Part shown: in pieces, positions 27,806 to 41,571 of the stretch
Layout: every line of letters starts with the position of its first letter
Position numbering within the stretch: position 1 is the first letter of the stretch
Source of the DNA: Spironucleus salmonicida
Lineage: Eukaryota
Direction: 5' to 3'
DNA length: 47,856 nt
Assembly (NCBI RefSeq): GCF_000497125.1
Contig: NC_090597.1
Span: forward strand, 186,001 to 233,856
The notes under the pieces: generated by a model
What the model saw: the letters and a program-made list of their open reading frames with translations, nothing else
Databases searched by the model: none
Told to the model about the DNA's origin: nothing
Translations under genes and position numbers: made by a program

Positions 27806-30800
27806 TCACTGTTAATTCTACGCGGCGAGAATATTATGTTGTTGGTAGTATTTTTTAGGCTTACTCAGGTAGTGATAAACTATTATCCAAACCCCTCCAA
27901 TAATTATAATGAGTGCAATTAGCAAGCATACTATATCTCCAACCCCAAGAAAGTTCTAAACTGATTCAGAAGTCTAACAGAGTGCAGGAGAATCATTGAT
28001 AAGCTGGTAACCGTCCGCACACAACGAACACGAGCCTTCATAATTTTCAATATAGCCCTTCATGCAACCGTTGCATGTTTATTCTTTTGTGCATTCTTGA
28101 CAATTATCTTTATTGCTACAATGACAGATATCAGTTCCGTCACACTTGGTGCAAACATGGTCTTTGCACATTTCGCCTTCCTCGCATGTGATGAAATTAT
28201 CGCAGCTGATCTTACACTGATTGCCATCCAAAAACGCCCCTTCTACGCACTTAACACAGTTTCTGCCGTTGCATGACGCACAGTTCGGCTGAAGGTGGTC
28301 CTCTGCGCATTTACACGACATGGAAAGTAGGAGCTGCGAACACTCAATGCACTGGCCGTACCCCTTGCATCCGTAGTTTTCGGCGCAGAATCGAGAGGAT
28401 CCATCCTAGTCGCAGTTGCCGATATAGCCGGGTGGCGTGAGCACGCAAATCCCGCTCATTAGCGTGTTGCCGTTCATACATTATTTGCACTAATTTTAGT
28501 ATCTCTCGCAGTTTGCACATCTCATGGCCTCATTTCCGACTTCAGTTTTGCCGCAGTTGCACTAGTACTGCATGCTCACTATTACTAGTGGATTTTCTGA
28601 GCACGCCTGGGGAGATTCTGGGCCTGCACAGTATTGATCACGATTTGGCGGAACTGTGCAAATGGGTACTTTGCAGTTGCCATTAATGTCTTGAGTCCAG
28701 CCCGGAATGCAGTTGAGGCAGGATTCAGCTGAGCCGCAATTCTGACAGTTGACTGCCTGACCGCATGAGCATGTTATTTGCTGATCGAGACAAAGCGCGC
28801 AAATACTATTGTTGCAGTACTAGCCAATGGGGCAGGGATTGAGCAGGTCGCAGTTTGGAGGAAGCTAGCACTTGCCGTTGAGGAGTACGAAGCCCTGAAT
28901 ACAGGCCTGACATGCGTTATTGAAGGCATTGCAGGTTTAGCAGTTCTTTGCGTCTCCACAATTGCACGTTTCCGTGCTGCTTAAAGAGCAGACCATACAA
29001 GAGCCGTCCTTGCCGGCTCCCTATGGGCAGTGGTAGCCTGGAAGGCAAGGAGTGCTGCATTTATTAGTAACACATTTACCACTTACTGGGGAAAAGCCGT
29101 TGATGCACTGAACACAGTCTGAGCTAGGGCAAAAAGCACAATTTATTAAGAATTAATCCTAGCATTTACACGTTTTACCTTCCCTAATATGCGAACATGG
29201 TTTGCAGATATCCCCAGCTTATCCGTCGCAGAAGAAGTTGTCAAAGCATACTTTCGATGTTAGCTCAGCATCGCAGCTATTATCGCCCGCTTCCTGCTCT
29301 CCGCAAGATTAATTTGGGAATTTGATCACTAACCCTGGGAGGCATTTGTCGCAGGTGTTAGAAAACCTACCGCATGTCGCGCAGTTAATAGCTGTTCCAC
29401 ATTTACAAGCGATTGTTTAGCCATCTACGCATTAACTGCATTCGTCCTAGGGCTTGCCCTTTTGATCGCAAATAAATCCATCCAAGCAGTGCAAATTAGA
29501 CATGGTCTAATCGCAAATGTTAAGCGCGCACTTTCCATTGACAGGGTAATATCCATATCTACAGTCTGCACAAATTCTTCCAGAACAGGATTTGCAGTTC
29601 TACAACAAATTTCCATTGCAGTTACAGAATTTATCTTCATTAATATTTGCGCAAGAAACACAAAAATCAAGAAATTTACCCTCGCAAACGTTCCCGGATG
29701 AACAGCTAGCAGATGTTAATTCTTTACTACAAATATTTGGTATTGCCTGACATTCACTAGAAGCAAACTAGTATCCCGCCTAGCATAATGCGCAGCCGCT
29801 GTATGAAGCATTGCAGGTCTAACAGTTCTAGCTGCCCCCACAGTTACATTAAATTGGAGATTTTGCAGTACATTCCTGACAGTTTATATGCATTTCTATC
29901 GGTTCAGACGGGCAGTAGTTGTTCAAAGCGCATTAACCTGAATCCTTACCCCCGATGCAAGTATTTTGTCTGCAAATGTTAGAAATTGGGTAAAGGCCAG
30001 ATTTGCATTCCACACAATTATTGTTTATGCATTTCGTGCAGTTCTATATCATGAGTGTACCGCATTTACAAGCATTATTAAATTTTATATTTTCACAGGA
30101 TTCACATTGGTCACCGAAATTTCCAGTACAGTAGAACCCAGTATCGCAGAGCTAAGAATCAAACTGATATCCGCATGAATTTGTGTCTCTCACGCAGGTC
30201 ACCCCCTCAATATGGTATCCGTGAAAACATTCTGCACAAGTATTTATGACCGATCCACAATATTTACATTATAGCTGGGACCCGCAATTACATGCCTGTG
30301 TTCCGTCGCAAGTAGCGCACTCAGCATTTGGTTGAGACCCCTCCCTGCACAAATTCCCGAATGAGCAGTTGAGAGTGCTCGGAATCATTCCACAGATGTT
30401 AGACACGCATTCATCCTTGTATAGCGCAAACTTAGCGATGCAAATTTTACATTTTCCATCCTAATCCCCGCATTTCTAACAGTTTTTAGCCAACTTTGTA
30501 CCGCATCTGCAGAACTAGTTTATACGCAGCTGCGAGCAGTTTTGGCAGGGGGAATAGGCCTCCCCGTTGCAAAATTAGTTCTAGTCGCATCTTGTTGATT
30601 GCTTTTTTGCGTCGCAAACATTCTCTTACTCAACGCAATTCCCTTCAAATAACTTATATCCAATTAAGCATTAACCACATTTTGTCCCATCTGAATTGCA
30701 AGTGGAGCAATTAGGTCGTTTTCCGCACTTGCATGGCTAGCGTTAGTTTGACTAACATTTAACACAAAGTGTCGTTTATACAGTATGCGGAGGGCAGACG

Positions 30801-31069
30801 TATCCGTTATAACACTCTTGCATATAATTTGAGCAGAAGTTAGATACACAACTATTGTTGTTTAAAGGTTAAAAAAATTAAATACATATTGCACAGCCGT
30901 TACTAGCGCATTGCATGCAGTTAATTTCATATAAAGGGCTGCATCTACACATAAAACCTTCTGTTATTTGGGAACATGGTGTGCACCTACCTGTGGTGCT
31001 CTAAGACATGCAGGAATAATTGTAGGTGCAACTGTAGCTAGATAAGTTAGCATCACATGTACCTGTCAT
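27806..31069 (-). CDS. Large cysteine-rich membrane protein, ~1087 aa
   Basis: Begins MTGTCDANLSSYSC, with repeated YC..CxxC..CxC..NCxxC..CxxC..GY modules. TM FLGVGDIVCLLIALIIIIGGVWIIVYHYL followed by SKPKK. Start, the internal ORF 28079-28321 and the stop are in one frame. Confidence 0.9.
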
Positions 31070-31359
31070 TTTATAAATTAGTAAATTATCTTTTATTAAC
31101 TATAAATTATATCAAATCTTCAAAAAATTCCTTGGATATAATTTTTGGTATTTTTATATGTTATTAAAAAAATTTCTATGATTAATAATACCAATTTATC
31201 GAATATTATATACTATTTAATAAATAATTAAAAATTAATTCTTTACCTCACAGAAAACATAATATATAGAAATAATTTTATCTTAAGAAACCGAAAATAA
31301 ACAGTTTTATTATAAATTATTATTATTATTAATTGATAGTAATTTCTATAATACCATAA

Positions 31360-34300
31360 ATGTCTATGTATGGAAACTGCCAGCATAAGATGACATCAGA
31401 TGGATGCTTGAGTAACTCTTACTGCCCACCTAAAAATGAGCAAGAAGACACAGCATGTAGGCAGTGCGACGTCAATATGATGCCAGGCATTTACTGCAAC
31501 TGCTAGGATAATTTACGGCTAAATTGCTCGTAATGTAATGGTATTTTTTGTTAGGCATGCATTACAGGTTTTGTTCTATAAAAAGATAAATGCGAGCTTC
31601 AAAAAGGCAATTGCAGCTTGTCATAGAATACATGTCCGCATAACACGTTCTGCCAGCGTCAAAATACAAAAAGCTGCTAAAGCTGTTACAATATCAGCAT
31701 TCTTGACAAATGCAATTGCGCTGGAACAATGATACAAGGGTGCCTAAATTGTGATCAAAATAAATGTCTTACCTGTATTTCTAGTCTTATTCTATACAAT
31801 GGAAACTGTGTAGATAGTATTCCACGCATTGACTGCAGAAACATTGGTGCGCGATGCCCCACCGGAACATACTGCCGGCAACCTGAAAAAATATGCTCTA
31901 GCTGTGCTTACCTTGACCAGACCGGCAGTCCGAATAACTTACTATGCGAGTGCTACGGAAAGCTCATAACTGGATGCGCGGAATGCAGTGTTAAAGGCTG
32001 TCAGCGATGTCATAGCGGCCTGCGTTACACGTACGGAGCATGTTAGGTTCCAGGGGACTGTAAAAGATCAGAAACGAGCTTTTCATGCAGCATGAAGTTT
32101 TACTGCGACCCTGATAATGACTGCATGCCGTGCGAGACCATGAAACAGCACGGAGGATGTCACTGCAACTCTACGCGGAAGATGTTCGAATGCATGATAT
32201 GCGGCCCCAATTTGGACTGTGCTGTGTGCAAATTCGGGTTCCTGCTGGTCAGTTTGAGCATCGGCAAAGACTGCGCAGCCAACTATTGCACGGAGGACGA
32301 GACCCAATGTAGCAACGGCTACTACTGCCCAGAAGTACGGGGTACGACCGAGTGTCTAAAATGCAGTGGTACCTAACCTGCGCCCTGCAAGTGCTTTTAC
32401 ATGCAAAACTGTTTAACTTGTAATTTGGACTCTAAAATGTGTGATTTGTGCCTTCCAGGATTTGTCAAAAATAGAGAAAATTAGTGTGTGGCCAAGACAA
32501 ATGTATGCAGCCCGTAACAGAATTCAGATAACTGCGATTCTGGATTTGTTTGTCTAGGAAAAGCAGGCGATGACTGTAAAAATTGTTAATACTTGACGAT
32601 AGATAAATAATGCAATTGCGATGGAAATTTAATAGAAAATTGTCTCAAATGCAATGGTAAATTATGTAGATAGTGCCCCATTGGATTTTTGCTAGTTAGC
32701 GGTGAATGTATCCCAAATCGATGTGGGGAAACTATATCTACTTAAAACTGTTTAAGTGACTATTATTGCCCAAAAGAATCGACTCAAATCGCATCCCCAT
32801 GTCTTAAATGTGATGCTTAGTAATAAGAATGTAAATGTGGAAACTTGTAACATTGTTAAACTTGCGGTAGTGCTGTAGATACTTGTTCTAAATGCTTTTA
32901 TGGTTATGAAAAGTCTCCATCCACATAACATTGTTAGTTAAAAACCAATATTTGCGACTATGCTAATGGATCTACGATATGTTTTAGTGGAAATTACTGT
33001 AAAGATAGTTTTGGTGATCCATGTGTTTCTTGTACAAACTTAACGGAAGGTCAAAAATGTAATTGTGGAGGAAAAGTATTTCTTCAATGTCTTGAATGTT
33101 CGACTAATAGCTGTGCAAAATGTTTATATGGTTATTTTCTGTTTAATGGTAATTGTGTTGAAAATATTTGTTTTTCTGGAGGGTCATCAAACAACTGTCT
33201 AGTTGGGACTTATTGCCCTCCAGGGTCAGGAGAAAAAGTCAACTGTATTGAATGTTCAGCTTCATCGCCAGACATATGCTCTTGTGGCGCAAATAATTGT
33301 CAGACCTGTGGATCTATCTAAAATACTTGTGGATCCTGTATTATTGGGTATTAGTTGGATAAAGATAACCAATGTACATTAAAACCGAATATATGCGACA
33401 CAAACAACCGATCAAGTTTATGCAACGATAATTATTACTGTAAGAGCACGTTCGGCAATAGTTGCTCTAGCTGCGGACAAATATAATAAGGCGAGAGGTG
33501 CCGTTGTGATGGGTCCGAAATAGCAAACTGCATTGTGTGCTCCTAATAAAAATGTTAGCAGTGTTTATCTGGGTTCAAGCTCTACGAAAACACTTGTGTT
33601 ACCAATATGTGCGACGACGCAGCAGGCCTTCGAAATGCTTCATTGGATTCTAATGTCCTCCTGGCTCCCTACCTGGAACTTAGTGTCAGGAGTGCTCAGT
33701 AAATATCAACAGTCAATGTCAATGCGATGGTGCTCAAAACTGTCATACTTGCGGTGAAATTGATGGAACATGCAAAGATTGCCTCTATGGGTATAAAATG
33801 AACGAAAACACTTTGTAATGTGAAAAGATAACTGATAGCACTAAAAACATATGCGACGATAAAAATATGTCTTCAAGATGTGATTCTTAGCAGTTTTGCA
33901 TGGGTCCTACGGAGATTCCTGTCTTTCTTGCAGTATGATTTAGTTGAGTAAAAGTTGCAATTGTGATACTAAGTTAAAAGAAAATTGTCTATTTTGCGAT
34001 GGATAATAATGCATGATGTGTTTAAAAGGGTATTATGTTCACAATGGCGAGTGCTTAATTAATAAGTGTGACTCCAAAAATCCATGTTTTGATAATTTCT
34101 ACTGTGATCCTGCTACTAATTCTTGTACGTAGTGCTCTTCAATAGGTACGTACGACTGCAATTGTGGAAGTGCTCAAAATTGCTAGACGTGCGCTGCACA
34201 GGGAGATACGTGTCAAACCTGTATTCGTGGTTATAATCTAATTAACGGTTCTTGTTATCCAAAACTGCCTTGCCTGCATACGGCTGACTGCCCCCTAAAC

Positions 34301-35257
34301 TAATATTGTGGGTCGGATAATAAATGTGACATTTGTTTTGGTCAGCCAACTTCTTGCAATTGTGGGAGTGCAATAAATTGCTACTATTGTGGAGCCTCTG
34401 GAGGCTGCGCGAGCTGCCTTCCTGGCTACGGAACAGACCAAATATTTTCATGCTCAATCCCGATTTGCAGTATCGAGATACCACCTGGAAGTTACTGCAG
34501 TGGCCCAGATGCGGCCAGTAAGTGCCCATCTGCTACAACTGCCTGCAACTGTGGTTTTGCACAGAACTGCTCGTAGTGTACCGCGGACTTATCCCACTGC
34601 GAAGACTGCCTTGATGACTCCATCATGATCGACAACGAATGCGTTATCGCGCCACCTGGGTATACCGGGGTATGCAATGACCCTTCAGACTCGTCGAAGT
34701 GCTTATCGGGGTTCGCTTGCATCCTCGTTCCAACATGTCACTCCTGCCAAAATGTATCGGCAGGTTATCTTTGCAACTGCCACGGGAAGCAGTACGCTTC
34801 GTGCATTCAATGTGACCGGGATAAATGCGGGGTGTGTTTCACGCACTTTGTGCTGATCGACGGAAAGTGCGAAACCGAGTGTTAGGCTAGCTCTGAGTGC
34901 AAAATTGGTCAGCAGTGTGGTAAGTAGAGAGCGTGCCAGGACTGCAACGGGTAAATGGAATGCAACTGCGATGGGATGCTGAACTGCAAGGAATGCAACG
35001 ATACCAGCTGCACCGTCTGCCAGTATGGGTGGAAATAGACCGATAAGAGCAGCTGTGCAAAGTGTGCGAGCGGATTTGTCATGTCTGACGGGATCTGCAA
35101 TAGGGTGGAAAAGCCAGAGAATAAAGTCCTCACTGCAATTAACATTATAGGAATGGTATTCGCCCTAATAATCATCATATGTGGTATTTTGGGGATCATA
35201 ATCTACTATGTAAGACGCCCCAAGAGGCATACTTTCCAGCATAGTATGGCGAGATGA
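31360..35257 (+). CDS. Large cysteine-rich membrane protein, ~1300 aa, two apparent 1-nt deletions (~33630, ~33908)
   Basis: Begins MSMYGNCQHKMTSDGC and has the same module type as 27806-31069. TM IIGMVFALIIIICGILGIIIYYV followed by RRPKR. Confidence 0.88.
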
Positions 35258-35927
35258 GTGACGTTATTCTATATTCCTGACTGAGCCAAATTAAAGTTTT
35301 CTGCAGAAGTTAAAGTAATAGCGACTATTTGCATTAACGAAGATTATATTTCTATAAACTATTTTGAGAAAAAATGAAATTCGAGCATTCCTCCGTGTGA
35401 GACCCAGACCAGTGAACACCAAACGCTCATTGTATAAAATTAAAACGTACTCGCTTCAGTTGTTTCATTAAATTCAAAAATACTTCAGTTGCCTCTATTG
35501 TTATGCTTCCTCTATATTTTACTTGGAGTTGCATTGGAATTCACGTCATATCCGCCCATGACAATAAAATATGAGATATTTTCTACATTCCGGCCTACAC
35601 TAGCGGGGATAGTCAATTAAGGTATAAGCCTCAATAAGTTAGTTACAGCGAATCGGCATCATCATTAATCATGGAGTCCTAGCAAAGCGCAGCAGCCGCT
35701 ACTATTTTAACTGGATATTACCCCAATAATATATTAATCGCAAACTATCAAAAATTTTAACTTTATATTTCTTTCTGCTAAGCGTTCTTGCTGTTATGGT
35801 TGGGTAATCGCATTCAACAAAGTTTGGAAGGGAATCAATAATAGGCATGTAACGTTATTTTATATTATATAAACCATAATCATACTTCGAAAATGGAGTA
35901 TAGCAAAGTAATATTTGAAGCTTGTAA

Positions 35928-38480
35928 TCATTTCTCGATCAATTCGCTGGTTAGCGATAAACTTTCAAATATCTAATGCTTTAATTTATATATCATGATA
36001 GTATCCTATAAAATTGCTGGTATATGTACTACTTGAAGATTGGTCGTATCCACAAATTTGATCAATTTGCTGGGATTTGCACTTGTAATATAAACTCTAC
36101 GATTATGTTAGACGTAAAGTTATTAAATTTTACATTTAAGTTAGTAGTTCATATTTTTTCTTACAATTAGATATTTTAATTATAGCTCGCGGAGGCAGAG
36201 TTCTCGAACGCTTCGGATGGAACAAATTTTAGATAAGGCCAATTCATATTATGATGATATCCGAACGTTGTCTAAAGTGACTGATTCGAGCGCCAAGCTG
36301 CTTTCTGCGGTAATAACATCTACAAGTATTCCATTCAGAATTAGGATTTTAACTGTATTGGGAATATGAAGAACCAGTTCATGGTAGCAGGACACAATTT
36401 ACATAGTTTTTAGTTGTTTCAGTGATTTTAAAAACTGATAGAAGTCTTGGCTCATGGATATATTTTCAAACCTAACAGACTAAATAACCAATTTCTGTAG
36501 CTAGAAAGTGCAGTTTTCAATATCCCACGGAAACTATAGTCGCAGCTTATCGCATTATACCAGCGTAAGTTCGCTTAGCGTATTAGATACGTAAACTTGA
36601 TCCTAGCTTATAGCGCGAAGATTTTATAATCCAGCAAATTTAGAAAAGTTCATACTTGAGCTATCGGACTTGATTTATTAAACTGAAATATTTTCCCCAT
36701 CGTAGCTTAGTATTCGCGTGGAGTAACATTCCAATCTACTAATGCTGGGAACTAGACTAAATTATTCAATATTCTGAGAATAATGGACCTGACCAATTTA
36801 CAGCATCTAGTCATTTACTATCTGTATACTTTCCACTTTCCTTATTATGAATGCTTTCTTTTTGTATATGCTGTCTGGAACAAGTAAGTTATTCAAATTA
36901 GAAATAAATATCTTCTCAATCTTAGGGGTATGACATAGTATATCTATAGGGCCTAGATGCTAGATCTTGAACAGTTTTAAATACCTCAAGTTCAAGCTTT
37001 CCTTTACTTCTATAGTTTTTACCGTACATTCAGAAATTTCAAGTTTCTGTAAATTGGCATAAACCACAAAGTCACCTATTTACAAGTTTCGTACTTTAAG
37101 TTCCTCCAGCATATTTGAATTAATATAATTAACCCAGTATTGATCATGAGCAGATTAATTCAACAAACAGTTAGCCTATAATGTCAGTTTTCTTATTTCC
37201 ATCGGGCAACAGTAGTAAAAGGACTAAATACTGGAAAGCATACATTCATACTTTTCTATCGGACATTTTATTTGCAAGTCTCCAATTTTTACTCTAAGAA
37301 ATCTTAGGTGAATAAGAGAAATTGTGTGATCCCCTAATATGATTTCAGGTATTTACAAATCACTGAGTGTTATTTTTTTCAAATTCTATAATTAATTGAG
37401 TTCTTAGTAGAAGCTTAAAGACACTTTATTATGTAGTTAATTGTCAACTGCGATAACTTCTTGAATACAACTATCAATTATAACGATTTCGGCAATGCTA
37501 ACTTTTTAAGGCAGACATAGGGTGTGTATAGTTGATTTATATAAATTTAGGTGTTAAAGTTAGTAACCCTGACTATCAACGTTTTAAGGTGCAACATTAA
37601 GCTAGAAATTATGTATCGTAGTAAGGTTAAGAAATATATTATGATTAAAAGAAGTGCTGAATTTTTCAATACTTAATTAGTAAATTCTTTAAATATTTTT
37701 ATAAACTCTATTAAACCAAACGTTGAGATACAGCGGGTGAAAATCGAAGTAATTATTCATCCATCTTTTGTTTATAAACTCAAACCCTTAGTTGAATATG
37801 ATGGTTATAGAGCTTGCTTTTCCATAATGAAGTTTCTGCATAGTAGGATAAATATATAGTTAATTAATATCATGCATTGTGAGATGTTAAACCCTACTAT
37901 TAATAAGGCGCATTGAATTATTTTATCCTGAGTCCTTGCAGATAATTTGCTCGCAATATTGTAAAAAATTATCGGGTACTTTATCTAGTTATGTATCTGT
38001 CAGTTATAGGCTAATTGGCCGGATTGGATACTACTAGAAAACCTTAAAATCATCTATCAGGTAATACTTATTCCTTAAAACAGTTATTCCATCTATAAGC
38101 AAGGTCTCTAGTCGGGATCCTCTAGTAATATCTATGCTTTTTACATTATTACTTTCACAAATAAGTACCTAATTATCGAGCGAAACTTAATCAATATTTG
38201 ATACTACTAGCACATGACTACCCTAATATTGGTTCTATAAAGACTTATTAAAATAGTTCCCTACAAGATTTATGAGAGTTAATTCTTCATTATTAATCAT
38301 AATAAGACTTTAATCAATTATTTACTATTTGTTAACAACTATTTATAAAATTTTAGCGTCTACCCCTTAAACAACAACCTCAACAGGATTTACGATGATG
38401 ATTATATCATGACCAGCGTGGATGCTAACAATTGTGTCTGAATAGTCTGTTATACAAGGATCATATGTTACAAATTGCAT
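35928..38480 (-). CDS. Leucine-rich-repeat-like protein, ~850 aa
   Basis: Long code-6 ORF starting MQFVTYDPCITDYS, with recurrent LxxLxI/L units (NLKKITLSDL, MLEELKVRNL, NLQKLEISEC, NLRYLKLFKI, LQKLVIQSV, VRELCLREL). Confidence 0.7.
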
Positions 38481-39262
38481 TTTTAGTTATTATGCATATT
38501 AAATAATATAATAGTCAAATAATAAGTAGGCTTACATTTATTAGAAAACAACATAACATAATATATAAAATAATGTCCTCTTCATACTAAAAATTAAATA
38601 CTTGCTAATCTATATTACATCTATACAAACTAACCTATGGTTTATGGAAGCGGTATTTGTTTATATTAAGTCAACAAATAATAAATTATATCCATTCTGC
38701 ATTGTTCGATTCATCTAGTTTTCACATGCTTAAATGAAGCAACACTTCGAATATCTATCTTTCGTCCAGAGTCGTGACCGCTTTACTTATGCCCTATTTG
38801 GTCAGACACTGATGGAAGTAAAGCCATGTATATTCTAGTCGACACGAGCATCTGAAAATAAAGTATTCTATATTAGACTCGATATATATTAATATTACTA
38901 ATTAACTATAAATTTATAATTTTATATTATCTTTAGATTCGACATAAAGTGGAGCGATCAAGATGGAGAAATATGAGTACACATCTGAGTACGCATACCT
39001 TAATAGTTAAGTTATAATTTCATTTGTTATAAAAGAATTATTATTCTATTATGGTGATACTATTCAATATTCTATAATTATACTTTCTACATATTAACTA
39101 TATATAATAAATTATGATATCTAAATTCAAGTAAAATATACCACAAGCCTAACATAATTATGCAGTTTACGTTAACTATTATATATATGATATTATGTGA
39201 AATATATTTGTAATATTTTATTAGTATATTCAAATTTTATATGCTTCTATGATCGTCTAAAA

Positions 39263-40527
39263 ATGATATTATTAGTGCTAACAGTTGGATGCTATCAAAT
39301 TACTTCGATAATGATACCCCTAAAATAGAGGATTCTGCTATGCGTGTTTTTGTAACCGGACCTGGTATTGAGCGATATGCCAACAAGAACATCAAAAGTA
39401 CCCTTACCAATCTCCAGACTTCTATTTCAGCAATGAATATCTAATTCAATTGTGGGAGTATTGATTAATCTCTAGAACGGTAGAATAATGGATGTAGACC
39501 TCAATGATATAAATATTTTCTGTAGAACAATTCAGCTATATAAACGTGAAACATGTGGTGCTGGATATGATTTTTGAGCTTAAACTGGAACAGAAGCATT
39601 CCCATACCTGTATGATAGTGGATCCCTTTCACTTACAATTCGTGACCTTGGAATTCAGACTTACCTCTCAGTAGTATATGGTGATAATTGCAAGAACAAG
39701 TACATTCTCTAAACACGTAATATGGTGATAGTTATCGATGACTTTCAAATATAGTTCTAATGCAACAATATGGTCCTGTTGAACTCGATTAGCTTGTTCA
39801 TAACAAGTTATCTGAAGGATCTGCTTAATGGTGAGCTGGGTTAATAGTTTGGGAGCGGTTTGATCGAATCATTACTTTAGCTACTAAATGAGTTCGTTTA
39901 CTTGGCTAAGTCAGACTACAATCACCCATCACCACAGATCAGCGCTACTTTAATGGCATGCAAATCACGGAGAATGTCATCCAGGTTAACTCTACTGGTT
40001 AGCGCTGTATTCACAATGCCGCAAATTAGCGCTGTTATGGCTACCTGAACTAAACAGTGACCTCAACACGAACATTTTTCACCAATCACGACGTGCAATA
40101 CTAGATCGAAAAGCTGGCGTTCAACTCAGGATTCAAGCTGTATCTGAATTAGTAAAGGTCATTTGGCGGTATACAAATTGTTAATATCACGCTCACGCAA
40201 TTCCACAACATGGGTGCCGAGTTAGAGGTAGTGGTTATGTTTAACGGTAGATCTGAAACATTAAAGTTCCTGGAACCGGTCACATTCAGCCTCGTCCGCG
40301 TAAACGATCAAGGCACTGACTTCGGACGGTTCGTTATTAGGCTCACAAATTTGATCAGCGTGACTAGTCTTAAAAATGAGCAGATAGCAGATCTCTCAAG
40401 CTATTTTGAAAAAACGTTTGGTGAATATGACATAGTATACGCCAATGCGCTGGGCGTATCAGTCGAAAAAGCGGAGGTAATATACCTAGATGACAACTGG
40501 ATTCATATTGGTAGCTATATAGAGTGA
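39263..40527 (+). CDS. BPI/LBP-like protein paralogue with about six apparent small frameshifts
   Basis: Colinear with 20331-21599 (DSAMRVFVTGPGIERY, FELKLEQK, RTFFTNHDVQYQIEKLAFNSGF, YANALGVSVEKA, NWIHIGSYIE). Frameshifts near 39300, 39465, 39520, 39540, 39597 and 39930. Confidence 0.75.
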
Positions 40528-41571
40528 CTGATTCTTTAGAAATATTATGTTTCGCAAATATGGGAATGTTCCCCTTTATGTAAATCTCATATTATTAATA
40601 TATATAATATCAATCAACCTAACTAAATAAAAACACCATTCCTTTACAAATATGACACTTCTATGCCTTTATTGTGCAATTAATTATCATTTTCTATAAT
40701 ATAAAATTGTATACTTTTAATTTGATCATTATAAATTCAGTATTCATGTGATGCCAATACTTAGTATATCAATAATCCGCTTCACATTTACTACGTGATT
40801 CTTATCTTCCCGAACGATATCCCTACAAAATATTTTAAGGAATCTTACTTATGCTATATACGTATCAGGAATCCAAATAGCCCAGCCATTTTTTAATATA
40901 CACAAAAATTATCACACTTATATCGAGGATGCAACCTGTAAGAAATAAATCTAGTGAGAAACATAATATTGGAATGTGAACCAGTTTGAAGGATGACAGT
41001 ATAACTCCAAATATTATTAGGCGTTATAATAATTTTAATATTATCTAAATGGATATTATTGGAATCTATGATAAGTATTATACTTTTGTGTTATAAATCA
41101 TCATTTTTAGAATCAGAAGTAAGGTTGGAATTGAAAATTAAAGATGAACGTATATTTTTAAAATATTTAAATTTATTATATGGTACTTTAAATTTTGCAT
41201 ATTTTAGGAGGTGCGAGAATCCATAAAATAATATCCATTTTAGTATAAATTAGTTTAATAAATATGCGATAACTCAATAAACTAATTATTGCTGTTTTAA
41301 AGCATTGAGCAGTTTATAAACACAATTTTATTTAGTACTCTGTTTAATTTAATATTGGTTTACAAAAAAGGAAATATAATCATATGTTTCGTTGTAATTA
41401 TCCTAAATATACTCATTATGAATATTTGATATCTAATTCTATTTTTCAAGTATTACATATGTTTTTCTTTTCTAATTATTGCAGTAGAATTTATCTTACA
41501 ATGTAATCTTTTGCTTATTTGCCACGGTGCTATAAAGATATGTGATTGTATCTTAATAATATGAATTAACT

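Noticed and set aside
31360-35257. Programmed frameshifting or introns explaining the frame breaks
   Set aside because: The breaks look like isolated 1-nt deletions with no shared slippery or GT-AG motif that I could see, so consensus error is the simpler explanation.
35376-35410. EIRAFLRVRP on the + strand, resembling the kinesin IRVFxRVRP start motif
   Set aside because: No P-loop or other motor motifs follow and the frame closes near 35560.
35300-35849. Short minus-strand ORF MPIIDSLPNFVECDYPTITARTLSRKK
   Set aside because: It closes after about 60 codons and I could not reconstruct a consistent continuation or assign a family.
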